A stretch of DNA of 64,000 nt from the NCBI GenBank assembly GCA_041483895.1, contig JBGPGO010000013.1:32001-96000 (forward strand), given 5' to 3'. The position numbers and the translations under genes are program-made. The notes below the pieces were generated by a model. That model was not told the DNA's origin and did no database searches. It worked only from the letters and a program-made list of their open reading frames with translations. Source of the stretch: Fimbriimonadia bacterium. Lineage in GTDB: Bacteria > Armatimonadota > Fimbriimonadia > Fimbriimonadales > JABRVX01. Below, piece by piece: positions 1 through 9,069 of this stretch (positions are counted from its first letter, which is position 1; each line of letters begins with the position of its first letter).

Positions 1-17
1 TGAGCTCAACAATACAG

Positions 18-1655
18 CTACGAAGCGCCAACCATCGAAAAGCCTATGAGAACCATGTTTAGCTCCGGCAGGCCGGTCACATTGTCACCATCCATATCCC
101 CGTCGGGCGTTGTGAAGTCTGTAAACACCTTGTTGAGATCATCGATGTCGATTTGATTGTTGATCGAGATATCGCCGTTCGTGTTCATTGACCAATCCTG
201 GGAATCGGTAGAACCCGTGTGATTGAAATTATCCACCTTTTCCGCAAGCCAATGAGAGCATTTCGCCACCAATTTGTACGTTCCTGGAGCACTAGTGAGG
301 GAGACATAGTATTCTCCGAGCGCGCCGATCGTCGTATCGACAGATTCAACGACGGTCATGCCGTTCTTCAGTTCAATCGTCATCGGCGTCCCCGTTGGCG
401 GAGCGAAGAACAGATCGAGAGTGACTTTGCCGGAGAGTGTGGCGGGCTGAGTGACCGGGCGAATTCGGTAGATAGCCCCATTCCCAAGCGAACATACGTA
501 CAGATTGCCGTCCGGGCCTATCTGGACCCCGGTTACGACTCCAAATCCCGATCCCCATTTGTTCAAATCACGTTCCGCGGCTGAATCTGCCACCAAATCC
601 GCAACCCCGCCGGATAGCACAAAACCATCCCGATTTGCATTCACATGGAACAGGTAGAGAAAGCCAAGGTTGTTGTCGCCAAGGACCAGATCGTCGCGGA
701 TGTCGGATGGGAACTGGGCGGAGTGAAGAAAGGCCAGGCCGGTCGGAGCGATCGTCGCCACCCAACTGAATTCCGGATCGCTATAGAAAGCGTTGGGGAT
801 CATGTATAGCCCCGACAGAGGCGAGCCGTCGCGCGCCTGGGGACCCATAATGTCCTCCCACCCACTGTTGAGACCGGGATCGACTCGATTCACCTCATCA
901 TAATTGTTTTCTCCGTTTTCCGTATCCCAGAGCGCCCCGGTCTTCGAATCGAATGTCATGCCGAAGCTGTTGCGAACCCCGTAAGCATAAAGGCGCTTGA
1001 ATTCTGGACGCGAGTCGCCCTCGAAAGGATTGCCCCCGGGAACCGTGCCATCTTTATTGAGGCGGAAAATTCCCCCCACTCCCGATACGCTTGCCGATTC
1101 GAAATTCTGCTCCAGACCGTTCCGGTTCAGATCGCCGGTCACCCCGTAAAGCTTGCCATCGGGACCGGTAAGCAGAATGCCGCCATCGTGATTGGGGCCG
1201 TTCCCCATCCCGGACGGCAGGAACTTGATCAGCGTGGTGGGCGCAGTAAGGGTTGTCCCGTTCCAAATGAAGCTTTCGACGCGGTTATCCTGCCACGTAC
1301 CGGTGGTGGCGGTATCAGCGGCTGTCGTGGATTTGCTGTAGTAGAGAAAGACTTTGTTGATGGTTGGGAAGTCAAGGTCCAGTGCGATTCCAAGCAGTCC
1401 CCGCTCGCTATTGGAATTGACAGCCAGGTCGAGAGCCATCGTGCCAAATGCGCCATTGGTAACACGGCGGACTATGCCGGTGGCCTTTTCCAGCACCAAC
1501 ATGTCGTTTGGGCCGATGAAAACGAAGGATGTTGGCTGAGACAGACCGCTTCTAACCGTATCAACCGTCAATCGTGCATCGAGCACCGATTGCGTGAATG
1601 CTGAGGTCACGAGGCCAAGGCAGGCAACTGGGCAGACGTTGCGAATGAACCCCAT
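18..1655 (-). CDS. PQQ-dependent glucose/sorbosone dehydrogenase-family beta-propeller with C-terminal Ig/dockerin-like tail
   Basis: Signal peptide; GSDH motifs ERGLLGIALD, NHDGG, AYGVRNSFGMTFD, DEVN; tail SHWLAEK...NGDISINNQIDIDDL...GDMDGDNVTGLPEL. Confidence 0.85.
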   Translation of the reverse strand: MGFIRNVCPVACLGLVTSAFTQSVLDARLTVDTVRSGLSQPTSFVFIGPNDMLVLEKATGIVRRVTNGAFGTMALDLAVNSNSERGLLGIALDLDFPTINKVFLYYSKSTTAADTATTGTWQDNRVESFIWNGTTLTAPTTLIKFLPSGMGNGPNHDGGILLTGPDGKLYGVTGDLNRNGLEQNFESASVSGVGGIFRLNKDGTVPGGNPFEGDSRPEFKRLYAYGVRNSFGMTFDSKTGALWDTENGENNYDEVNRVDPGLNSGWEDIMGPQARDGSPLSGLYMIPNAFYSDPEFSWVATIAPTGLAFLHSAQFPSDIRDDLVLGDNNLGFLYLFHVNANRDGFVLSGGVADLVADSAAERDLNKWGSGFGVVTGVQIGPDGNLYVCSLGNGAIYRIRPVTQPATLSGKVTLDLFFAPPTGTPMTIELKNGMTVVESVDTTIGALGEYYVSLTSAPGTYKLVAKCSHWLAEKVDNFNHTGSTDSQDWSMNTNGDISINNQIDIDDLNKVFTDFTTPDGDMDGDNVTGLPELNMVLIGFSMVGAS

Positions 1656-1839
1656 TTATTATCTGCACTCCTTTGTCAGAATCGCGCGAAAGAACAGTAC
1701 CTTCTAATACTATAACATGAAATCACGGCCAACGGAACGGCATTGCAAGTGATCCTACCAACCATTTGAGACCTGGAAAGAGTTCCCGATATTGGTTCGA
1801 AGATTCCGCAATCGTGGCAAGGTATATTTTCCCATCAGA

Positions 1840-2805
1840 GTGTTTGACATCGAACGATTCCGTTCACGGCTGCGATATCCGGATAGATTGCGGTCAAATG
1901 TGCCGCTGCGGATGCACACGACGCTGCGGGTCGGCGGGACCGCCGACGCCTACTACCGGGCGGCCGACTCCGACGAGCTAGCCGAAGTCGCAGGGCTGGC
2001 ACAGCGGGAGAGTGTTCCCTACGAGGTTCTCGGACTGGGCAGCAACGTGCTGCTGTCCGACCGGGGCGTCCGGGGGCTGGTGCTCCATTTCACCTGTTCC
2101 GCGATGAGTATCGGGCCTACAACGGTTGTGGATTGTGGCGCGTCGTTTCAGGACCTGTTCCTGGCGACCGCGCAGGCGGGGCTGTCTGGGCTAGAGTTCG
2201 CGGTCGGCATTCCGGGTACCGTGGGCGGCGCGTTGGTGTCCAATGCCGGCGCATATCGGGCCAATATCGAGGACTTGATCGAGTCGATTGAGGTGGTGGA
2301 AGGCGGCGAGCGCAAGACGGTGGAGCCGCAATGGATGGAGTTCAGCTACCGGGACAGTTGTCTTCGAAAAGGGACGAAGTCCGGGCTGCTGCTGCAAGTC
2401 ACCCTGCGTTTGACACAGGACAATCCGAAGGCGATCTACGACCGGGCGCGGGATTTTCAGCTCCAACGCCGCCTGAAGCAGCCGCCTGGTCCCTCGGCGG
2501 GATCCTTCTTCAAAAATGTTTACGACGATCCGTTGCTGGAGCGCCTGCCCGACTTGCCGGCGCATCTGCTGGAGGCGCGGGTCGTTCCCGCCGGCTATCT
2601 GATCGCGGCCGCGGGGTTGAAAGGGACGCGGGTCGGCGGCGCGGCGATTGCCCATCGTCACGCCAACTTCCTGATGAACCTGCACGGTGCTACGGCCGCC
2701 GACATCCGCTCGCTTGCGGACCTGGTAAAGAAGCGAGTCGCCGCGGAGTTTGGGGTCCTGCTTGAGGAGGAGGTTCTCTACTTCGGCGACTGGACAACCC
2801 GGTAG
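1840..2805 (+). CDS. murB: UDP-N-acetylenolpyruvoylglucosamine reductase
   Basis: HTTLRVGG, GLGSNVL, GIPGTVGGALVSNAGAY, FSYRDS, SAGSFFKN, HANF, LEEEV; start placed at GTG 1840 (uncertain). Confidence 0.95.
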   Translation: MFDIERFRSRLRYPDRLRSNVPLRMHTTLRVGGTADAYYRAADSDELAEVAGLAQRESVPYEVLGLGSNVLLSDRGVRGLVLHFTCSAMSIGPTTVVDCGASFQDLFLATAQAGLSGLEFAVGIPGTVGGALVSNAGAYRANIEDLIESIEVVEGGERKTVEPQWMEFSYRDSCLRKGTKSGLLLQVTLRLTQDNPKAIYDRARDFQLQRRLKQPPGPSAGSFFKNVYDDPLLERLPDLPAHLLEARVVPAGYLIAAAGLKGTRVGGAAIAHRHANFLMNLHGATAADIRSLADLVKKRVAAEFGVLLEEEVLYFGDWTTR

Positions 2806-2828
2806 CCGCACGCTTTAGCTTGCGCCTT

Positions 2829-2891
2829 TTGACGATGCGATCATCAATGAAAACTTCCACTTGGTTCTTTCATTGCCGATCGCATCGTCAA
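2829..2891. repeat. Imperfect 25-bp inverted repeat (REP-like) between convergent genes
   Basis: TTGACGATGCGATCATCAATGAAAA (2829-2853) vs CTTTCATTGCCGATCGCATCGTCAA (2867-2891), 22/25 complementary; right arm recurs identically at 42867-42891. Confidence 0.8.
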
Positions 2892-2900
2892 GCCCTTTCT

Positions 2901-3821
2901 CTAGTCGCCGTCGCCGATGACAATGATTGTGTTGGTCGCCGGATCGATGATGGCGTGCTCGAAGCCCGGAATGCCGTTGTAGCCGCCCGACTGCGTGCCG
3001 CCACCGGCAGCACCGCCGCCCCCGCCGTAACCGCCACGGCCGCCGCCCTGCATTCCACCTTGCCGACCGCCGGGACCCTGATTGCCGGGGAATCCACCAC
3101 CTTGAAAACCACCGCCCTGATTGCCAAATCCGCCGCCTTGGAATCCGCCGCCCTGATTGCCAAATCCGCCGCCTTGAAAACCACCGCCCTGGTTACCAAA
3201 CCCGCCGCCTTGAAAACCACCGCCCTGGTTACCAAACCCGCCGCCTTGAAAACCACCGCCCTGGTTACCAAACCCGCCGCCGGGATAACCGCCCTGCGAG
3301 CCGCCGAAGCCGCCCTGATTGCCAAACCCGCCCTGACCGCCACCAAACCGCCCAGTGCTCCACTCAGGGGACATAACCTGCTGGCCCTGCAGAAGCATCA
3401 AAACGACCCACGGATCGGCATGATAGATGGGAAATCGAGCCACCTTCGTCTTAGAAGGGGTCACTTCCGGTTCCGTGGGGTTGCCGTTGTCCGGCGTCGC
3501 GAAAACCGGCTCTTGCCGCAGGGACACCACGTACACGCCGCCTTCCACACGATAGGTTGCCTTGACTTGGTTGAGCAACACGCGCAACGCGGTCTCCAGC
3601 GGAACGTCCTTGAGGCTCACGGTCACCGAACCCTGAACGTCTGCATCGACCGAGTAGTTCAACCCGGCCTGGTTGAACAGCATGCGGAGCGCGTCTCGGA
3701 TATCGGCCTGGGTCGCGCTCACGGTCACGTTCTGCTTGCCGGGGTCGGGCGTCCCCTGTGCCATCGCCCCCATTGTTACCAGCCCCAACAGAATTCCTAC
3801 CAGAAGGTCTCGCAGTCTCAT
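2901..3821 (-). CDS. Secreted STN/secretin-N0 plus partial secretin-N domain protein with Gly/Phe/Asn/Gln repeat, no barrel
   Basis: ATG 3821 with GGAGG; signal peptide; ADIRDALRMLF...VTVSLKDVPLETALRVLL (STN); RFPIYHADP...IDPATNTIIVIGD (secretin-N like). Confidence 0.75.
   Translation of the reverse strand: MRLRDLLVGILLGLVTMGAMAQGTPDPGKQNVTVSATQADIRDALRMLFNQAGLNYSVDADVQGSVTVSLKDVPLETALRVLLNQVKATYRVEGGVYVVSLRQEPVFATPDNGNPTEPEVTPSKTKVARFPIYHADPWVVLMLLQGQQVMSPEWSTGRFGGGQGGFGNQGGFGGSQGGYPGGGFGNQGGGFQGGGFGNQGGGFQGGGFGNQGGGFQGGGFGNQGGGFQGGGFGNQGGGFQGGGFPGNQGPGGRQGGMQGGGRGGYGGGGGAAGGGTQSGGYNGIPGFEHAIIDPATNTIIVIGDGD
3102..3281 (-). repeat. 36-nt coding tandem repeat x5 (GGGFGNQGGGFQ)
   Basis: Three identical copies at 3174-3281 plus two synonymous variants at 3102-3173. 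Confidence 0.95.
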
Positions 3822-3851
3822 CCCTTCACCTCCGATTGTCTCAGTGTGTAA

Positions 3852-3877
3852 GACGTATATTATCCAAATCAGTTTCA
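3852..3877 (-). promoter_or_regulatory. Putative ECF sigma promoter
   Basis: Minus strand TGAAAC-N16-CGTC, 30 nt upstream of ATG 3821. Confidence 0.55.
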
Positions 3878-3881
3878 TCGA

Positions 3882-4012
3882 CGGTAGACGCGGGCCGTCT
3901 TGCCGCAACCCCACACCTACGAACAACCAAGGCCCGCGGCGTGGTCGGCATACAACGCGGGCCATCGCGGTTCACAATCGAGAGCATTCGCCAAGACGGC
4001 CCGCGTCTACCG
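3882..4012. repeat. Perfect 21-bp inverted repeat pair, GTAG-type REP doublet
   Basis: CGGTAGACGCGGGCCGTCTTG (3882-3902) and exact reverse complement (3992-4012). Confidence 0.8.
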
Positions 4013-4996
4013 AAGAATCATATCGACCAGCTCATCGGTCGAAGGCTGGTGGATGTCGCCCGGGATGCGGGGACCGTCGGAAACATAGGAGATGGGAAAA
4101 CCGTGCCGGGCGCCGACAACGAGCAGGCCCCCGAAATCGGTGGTGAGGTCCATCTGCGTAAATATCAAGTTCCGTGGATTGAGCGATGCGGCAAGCTCGA
4201 TAGCGCGAAGATTGTCTTTCGGCTTGGCCGCCGCGCTCAAAACCAGGTTGCAAATGCAATCGGCCTGCTCGAGAGCCAGCCGCATCTCCTCAAATCGCAC
4301 CCCCTCGCCCGGTTGAATTGCCGGCGTATCGATAAGAACGGCCTGGCAATCGCCCATCGCCCGGATGCGCATGGTTGCATCGTCCGGCGTTGAGGCTTCC
4401 TCAAACCGAACATCCAACACCTTCGCGTAGGACCGCATCGATTCCATAGCCCCGATTCGATGGCTGTCCAAGCACAATATGCCAACGGACCCGGCCCCTT
4501 TGAGGCGGGCGGCCAATTTGGCGATTGTTGTGGTCTTTCCGACCCCCGGTGGGCCGACAAACGAATGCCTGCCGTCCGTTATCTCCACGCCGGTTAGCAG
4601 CATGGAGGTCAGCGCTTCTCGCGACGGAGCCTTGTCCGCATAGCGCCCAACATCTTCCGGGTCGATACCAAGCGCCTGCCAGGACCGCCGGGCCTGATCC
4701 GGCGCGGAAGGGGCCATGACAACCGCGCCCTTTCCCTGGATGGTCTGTATCATCTCGCGAAGCTCATCCAATTCGTTGCGCATCCCGTCGACATCCAGCG
4801 GCGGCTCGGCGGGCGCAGGTTCCGGCTTTATGGGCATCTGCACGACGACTTCGTACATGGTTTTGCCAAGCCGTCCGGCAATCCCCGCGGCCGGCACCCT
4901 TTTCTCGGCGACGATGGCGGCATCCGGTCCGACCTCGGCCTTGACCTTCAATATGGCTTCCAAGCGGCTGTCCGCTCGTACGGTAATCTGACTCAC
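4007..4996 (-). CDS. flhF: Flagellar SRP-family GTPase FlhF (divergent)
   Basis: Follows flhA; N-terminal EAILKVKAEVGPDAAIV; GPPGVGKTTTIAKLAA, DSHRIGA. Confidence 0.85.
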   Translation of the reverse strand: MSQITVRADSRLEAILKVKAEVGPDAAIVAEKRVPAAGIAGRLGKTMYEVVVQMPIKPEPAPAEPPLDVDGMRNELDELREMIQTIQGKGAVVMAPSAPDQARRSWQALGIDPEDVGRYADKAPSREALTSMLLTGVEITDGRHSFVGPPGVGKTTTIAKLAARLKGAGSVGILCLDSHRIGAMESMRSYAKVLDVRFEEASTPDDATMRIRAMGDCQAVLIDTPAIQPGEGVRFEEMRLALEQADCICNLVLSAAAKPKDNLRAIELAASLNPRNLIFTQMDLTTDFGGLLVVGARHGFPISYVSDGPRIPGDIHQPSTDELVDMILR

Positions 4997-7062
4997 GCAG
5001 CCAGCCTCCCAACGGGATTTACTTCGGTTCTGGGCACGATCTCATTATAGGCAATGACCGCCACGCTCGGCATGGAGCGCTCGACGAGCCTCCGCAAGGG
5101 AAGCCGGACGCCGCTGGAGCAGAGGATCACCGGTGTGACCCCATTTGCCGCGGCCCGCTGCGCCTCTTGCTCCAAGCCGTTCAGCAGCTTCTCCGCCACT
5201 CCCGGCTCCAGGGCCAGAGTCGATCCGAACGTCGTGGCCTGTATGCTCTCCCGCAGGGACGCCTCCAACTCCGGGTCCAAGCTGATAACGTGCAGCGATC
5301 CGGCCGTATCCGCATAGAGACGGGTAATGGAGCGCGAGATGTTGGAGCGGACCAATTCACCGAGCTGCTCCGTGTCCTTGACGCGGGGGGCATAGTCGGC
5401 AAGCGTTTCCAGGATGGTCACCATGTCGCGAATCGGTACCCTCTCCCGCAACAGGTGGGCGAGCACCTTCTGAACCTCCCCTACCGTCAACACGTCTGGG
5501 ATCAGCTCCTCGACCACCGCGGCGTTCAGAATTTTAACATGGTCGATGAGCTGCTGCACGTCCTGGCGAGTCAAAAGCTCGTTCGCGTGGCTCTTCACGG
5601 ATTCGGTGAGATGGGTGGCGATCATCGCGGCGGGCTCGATCACCGTGTACCCGTTGCGTTCGGCAGAATCTTTGTCTCCCGGCTCGATCCAACGGGCAGG
5701 CAGACCGAAGACCGGCTCCGTGGTGGGCGAACCAGGGACCTGCTGCGTGACGAAGCCGGATTCGATCGCAAGCAGTTGGGAAACGTACGCATCTCCTCCG
5801 CCGACACGTTCGCCGCGTATCTTGATCGCGTATTCGTTGGGTTTTAGCTGAATGTTGTCGCGAATTCGCACAGAGGGCATAATGAAGCCCAATTCAGTCG
5901 CCACCTGCCGCCGTATGGCGGTCACCCGGTCGGCGAGGTCCCCCTGCTCCTTCGGATCGGCAAGGCGGGTTATGGCGTAGCCGAGCTCCACCTCGATCGG
6001 GTCCACGGTGATCAAAGGCATCATCTGTTCGGGAGTTTGCGGCATTGACGTCTTGGCCGGCTTCTTGGCCTCCGCAGCAGCGTCCGACACCCTCTTCTTG
6101 ACGCCTGTCCGTACGCTGGCGGCAACGAAGTAGAGGGCGCCGCCCACGAGGAAGAAGGGGATTTTCGGGAAGCCGGGGACGAATGCCAACAAGGCCAAAA
6201 CGCCGCCGGCCGTCATCAGCGCCTTCGGCTGCCCGGTGATTTGGTTGACCAACGCCGTTCCCAGCGGTTCGGCGGAGCCCGACCGGGTAACCATAAGGCC
6301 GGCGGCAGTCGAAACGAGCAGCGCCGGGATCTGCGCCACCAGTCCTTCGCCTACTGTCAAGAGAGTATAGGTGCGGAAGACGGTCATCATGTCCGTGTTG
6401 CCGCGGAAAAAGCCGACCGCGAACCCGCCGATGATGTTGACGATCATGATCAGGATCGATGCAATCGCGTCGCCTTTGACGAATTTGCTCGCGCCATCCA
6501 TCGCGCCGTAGAAGTCGGCCTCCATCTTGATCTGCTGACGCCGCGCCTTGGCCTCATGCTCATCAATCAGCCCCGCGTTGAGGTCGGCGTCGATGCTCAT
6601 CTGCTTGCCGGGCATCGCATCCAATGTAAATCGGGCGACAACTTCCGCCACGCGCCCAGCGCCATTTGTGATGACGACAAATTGCACGATAACCAAGATA
6701 AGGAACGCGACAAAGCCGACCACCATATCGCCGCCGACGATAAACCCGCCAAACGTATTGATGACGTTCCCAGCGCTACCCGTTCCCAAAATCAGTTTGG
6801 TGGCCGCGATGCTGAGCGCCAAACGGAGCAGAGTAGTGATCAGCAGCAGGGACGGGAATGCCGCGAACTTGAGCGGGTCGGTGACGGAAGCTGCCATCAG
6901 CGCGATGATGACCGAGGAAGCGATGCTTACGACGAGCGCCAAATCCAGCGCCCATTCCGGCAACGGCAGGATCAACATGCCGACGATGACCATGATGCCG
7001 ATGGCCACCAGCACGTCCGTGTGGCGCAGCAGCTTGCTCATGCCGGGGGGCTGGTTCGACAT
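4993..7062 (-). CDS. flhA: Flagellar export gate protein FlhA
   Basis: FHIPEP signature RVAEVVARFTLDAMPGKQMSIDADLNAG, FYGAMDGASKFVKGDA. Confidence 0.98.
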   Translation of the reverse strand: MSNQPPGMSKLLRHTDVLVAIGIMVIVGMLILPLPEWALDLALVVSIASSVIIALMAASVTDPLKFAAFPSLLLITTLLRLALSIAATKLILGTGSAGNVINTFGGFIVGGDMVVGFVAFLILVIVQFVVITNGAGRVAEVVARFTLDAMPGKQMSIDADLNAGLIDEHEAKARRQQIKMEADFYGAMDGASKFVKGDAIASILIMIVNIIGGFAVGFFRGNTDMMTVFRTYTLLTVGEGLVAQIPALLVSTAAGLMVTRSGSAEPLGTALVNQITGQPKALMTAGGVLALLAFVPGFPKIPFFLVGGALYFVAASVRTGVKKRVSDAAAEAKKPAKTSMPQTPEQMMPLITVDPIEVELGYAITRLADPKEQGDLADRVTAIRRQVATELGFIMPSVRIRDNIQLKPNEYAIKIRGERVGGGDAYVSQLLAIESGFVTQQVPGSPTTEPVFGLPARWIEPGDKDSAERNGYTVIEPAAMIATHLTESVKSHANELLTRQDVQQLIDHVKILNAAVVEELIPDVLTVGEVQKVLAHLLRERVPIRDMVTILETLADYAPRVKDTEQLGELVRSNISRSITRLYADTAGSLHVISLDPELEASLRESIQATTFGSTLALEPGVAEKLLNGLEQEAQRAAANGVTPVILCSSGVRLPLRRLVERSMPSVAVIAYNEIVPRTEVNPVGRLAA

Positions 7063-7063
7063 G

Positions 7064-8074
7064 CTATTTCCTGCCCTTGAGGAGCTGGACCGAGCGACTG
7101 ATGTGGTTGAGAGCCGCTTGCTTCTTGTCGCCGGTCAGGACCTTGGGACCTTTCGGGCCGATGCGCACCGGCGTCAGGTGGATGCCGCGCAGGCCGTTGC
7201 GGTCGAAAACGGTTTCGAAAATGACCGTTTCGCCCAACCGCCCGCTATTCTTAGGCGCGACAAAGTTGCCCAACGAATAGTAGATCGGCCTTCCTTTATA
7301 GAGTTCGTAGGGTTGCAGAACGTGCGGATGGTGGCCGAGAACCATGTCGGCGCCCAGGTCGATCGCCATGCGGCCGAGACTGACCTGATACGGATCCGGC
7401 ATAGTGCGGCGCTCGATGCCCCAATGAAAGGAGACGACGACGAAGTCGGCCTTTTTTCGCGCGGCTTGGATGGCCTGGCTGAGGTTGGCCTTCGCAGCGG
7501 GAGCGCCGCTGCCGTGAAGGGCGTTGACACCGGCCGACTTTGCCGTCGCCGGAGTACATGCCGCGAGGCCGCCGGGCGTGCGGAACGCGAGGTAGGCGAT
7601 GAACGCGACGCGAATGCCGTTCTTGGTGAGAACAACCATTTGCGATGCGGCGGCCAGGTTCGTCCCGGCCCCGGCATGGCGCACCTTATTCTCGTCCAGC
7701 GCCCTGATCATCCGTGCGATGCCCGCGCCGCTGTAGTCGCCAGCGTGGTTATTCGCAATCGATACGACATCGAAACCGGCCTTGGCAATCGGTCCGGCCC
7801 ATGCGGGATCGGCGCGCAGGATGAACTGCTTCTTGGCCGCCACCGCCGCCGCGCTCTTATGGGGCGTCCGCATCCCAACGTCGGTGAGGGGTATCTCCAA
7901 GTTGGCAAAGGCGATATCGGCCTTGGCGAGTATCGGCGCGACATCCGCAAGGAACTGCTTCTGGTTTTCCTTGGAGGCAGGAATTCCGTTGAACATCAGG
8001 TCCCCCACTGCTGCGATCCTAATAGTCGCCATCGGCCCGGCGCTGCAAGCAATTGCCAGCAATGCAAGTAGCAT
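7064..8074 (-). CDS. CapA-family (calcineurin-like metallophosphoesterase fold) exported protein
   Basis: AVGDLM, ANLEIP, ANNHAGDY, SFHWG, GHHPHVLQ, YSLGNF. Confidence 0.9.
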   Translation of the reverse strand: MLLALLAIACSAGPMATIRIAAVGDLMFNGIPASKENQKQFLADVAPILAKADIAFANLEIPLTDVGMRTPHKSAAAVAAKKQFILRADPAWAGPIAKAGFDVVSIANNHAGDYSGAGIARMIRALDENKVRHAGAGTNLAAASQMVVLTKNGIRVAFIAYLAFRTPGGLAACTPATAKSAGVNALHGSGAPAAKANLSQAIQAARKKADFVVVSFHWGIERRTMPDPYQVSLGRMAIDLGADMVLGHHPHVLQPYELYKGRPIYYSLGNFVAPKNSGRLGETVIFETVFDRNGLRGIHLTPVRIGPKGPKVLTGDKKQAALNHISRSVQLLKGRK

Positions 8075-8119
8075 GCTAAAAGCATTTCAACGGGCATTCG
8101 TTTCGTCCCGCCGAACTGG

Positions 8120-8626
8120 TTATTCGGCATCGCCCAGCACCTTCGCAACGTACGCCTGGGTCTCGGCAAACGGCGGCACGTCTCCGTACCGTTTCACAGC
8201 GCCGGGCCCGGCGTTGTAGGCGGCAACGGCCAGCCGCGGGTCCTGAAATCGGTCCATGAGGGAGCGGAGATACTTGGCGCCGGCGTCCAGGTTTTGCTCG
8301 GGATCAAAGGGGTCGCTCACTCCGAGGGCCGCCGCCGTTCCGGGCATCAACTGAGTCAATCCCATAGCGCCTTTGGGGGACCGCGCGTTTGGATTCCCAC
8401 CGCTCTCCGCCGATACGAGGTTCTCGAAAATATTCGGATCAACGCCATTGCGCACGGCCGCCTCGTGGACCATGTTCTGCATGTCCACAGTCAGCGGGCG
8501 CAGCGTTCCGGAGGCCACCTTTTTCGGTTCATTTGGCCTGGGAACCGGCCCGAATATCTGCGTCATTTTGTTTTCGATCGCGGCCATACGGCTCTCGATT
8601 GCCGCCATACTCGTTTCGACTTTCAT
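8120..8626 (-). CDS. Lytic transglycosylase (SLT domain)
   Basis: AESGGNPNARSPKGAMGLTQLMPGTA, AAYNAGPG, PPFAETQAYV; ATG 8626 with GGAGG. Confidence 0.93.
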   Translation of the reverse strand: MKVETSMAAIESRMAAIENKMTQIFGPVPRPNEPKKVASGTLRPLTVDMQNMVHEAAVRNGVDPNIFENLVSAESGGNPNARSPKGAMGLTQLMPGTAAALGVSDPFDPEQNLDAGAKYLRSLMDRFQDPRLAVAAYNAGPGAVKRYGDVPPFAETQAYVAKVLGDAE

Positions 8627-8640
8627 TCCCGCACCTCCAG

Positions 8641-9069
8641 TTAACTGTGCCGAGCCGATCGGAGAACAGTCCATTCGTCCAGTTCGCGCTGTTGCTCGCG
8701 CTCCAGCTCCAGCCGATACTCCGCCAGATCTTTCGATCGCAGCCGCTCAGCAATCTCCCTGCCCCGCCGGGCTTCCACGTAGGCTTTGAGAGCCACTTCT
8801 TCTTCCCGCTCAATCATCTCGATGGTCAGCTCCTGCGCGGCGACTGCGTCCAAAACCCGCGTCTGATAGATCTCCGACCATTCTCGCCGCACCGGGTCCG
8901 CTGTGACCCACTCCGATCGAATTCTGTGGATCTCGTTTTGCAATACCTTTAGTTGCCTCTCCGCCGCCATTTTTCTAACTCGCACCGCCATCAAATCGCG
9001 CTCCTTCAACTCTTCAATGACAACCCGATAGCGAAGGACAGACTCCAAGCGAAATCGGAACTTACGCAC
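8641..9069 (-). CDS. fliJ: Flagellar export protein FliJ
   Basis: KFRFRLESVLRYR start, coiled coil, EQQRELDE end; directly after fliI. Confidence 0.85.
   Translation of the reverse strand: MRKFRFRLESVLRYRVVIEELKERDLMAVRVRKMAAERQLKVLQNEIHRIRSEWVTADPVRREWSEIYQTRVLDAVAAQELTIEMIEREEEVALKAYVEARRGREIAERLRSKDLAEYRLELEREQQRELDEWTVLRSARHS

Noticed and set aside
6548..8071. Long antisense ORFs (also 35767-36735, 55630-56829, 11210-12340, 2820-3851)
   Set aside because: Shadow frames of well-supported genes in high-GC DNA, with no recognisable motifs.
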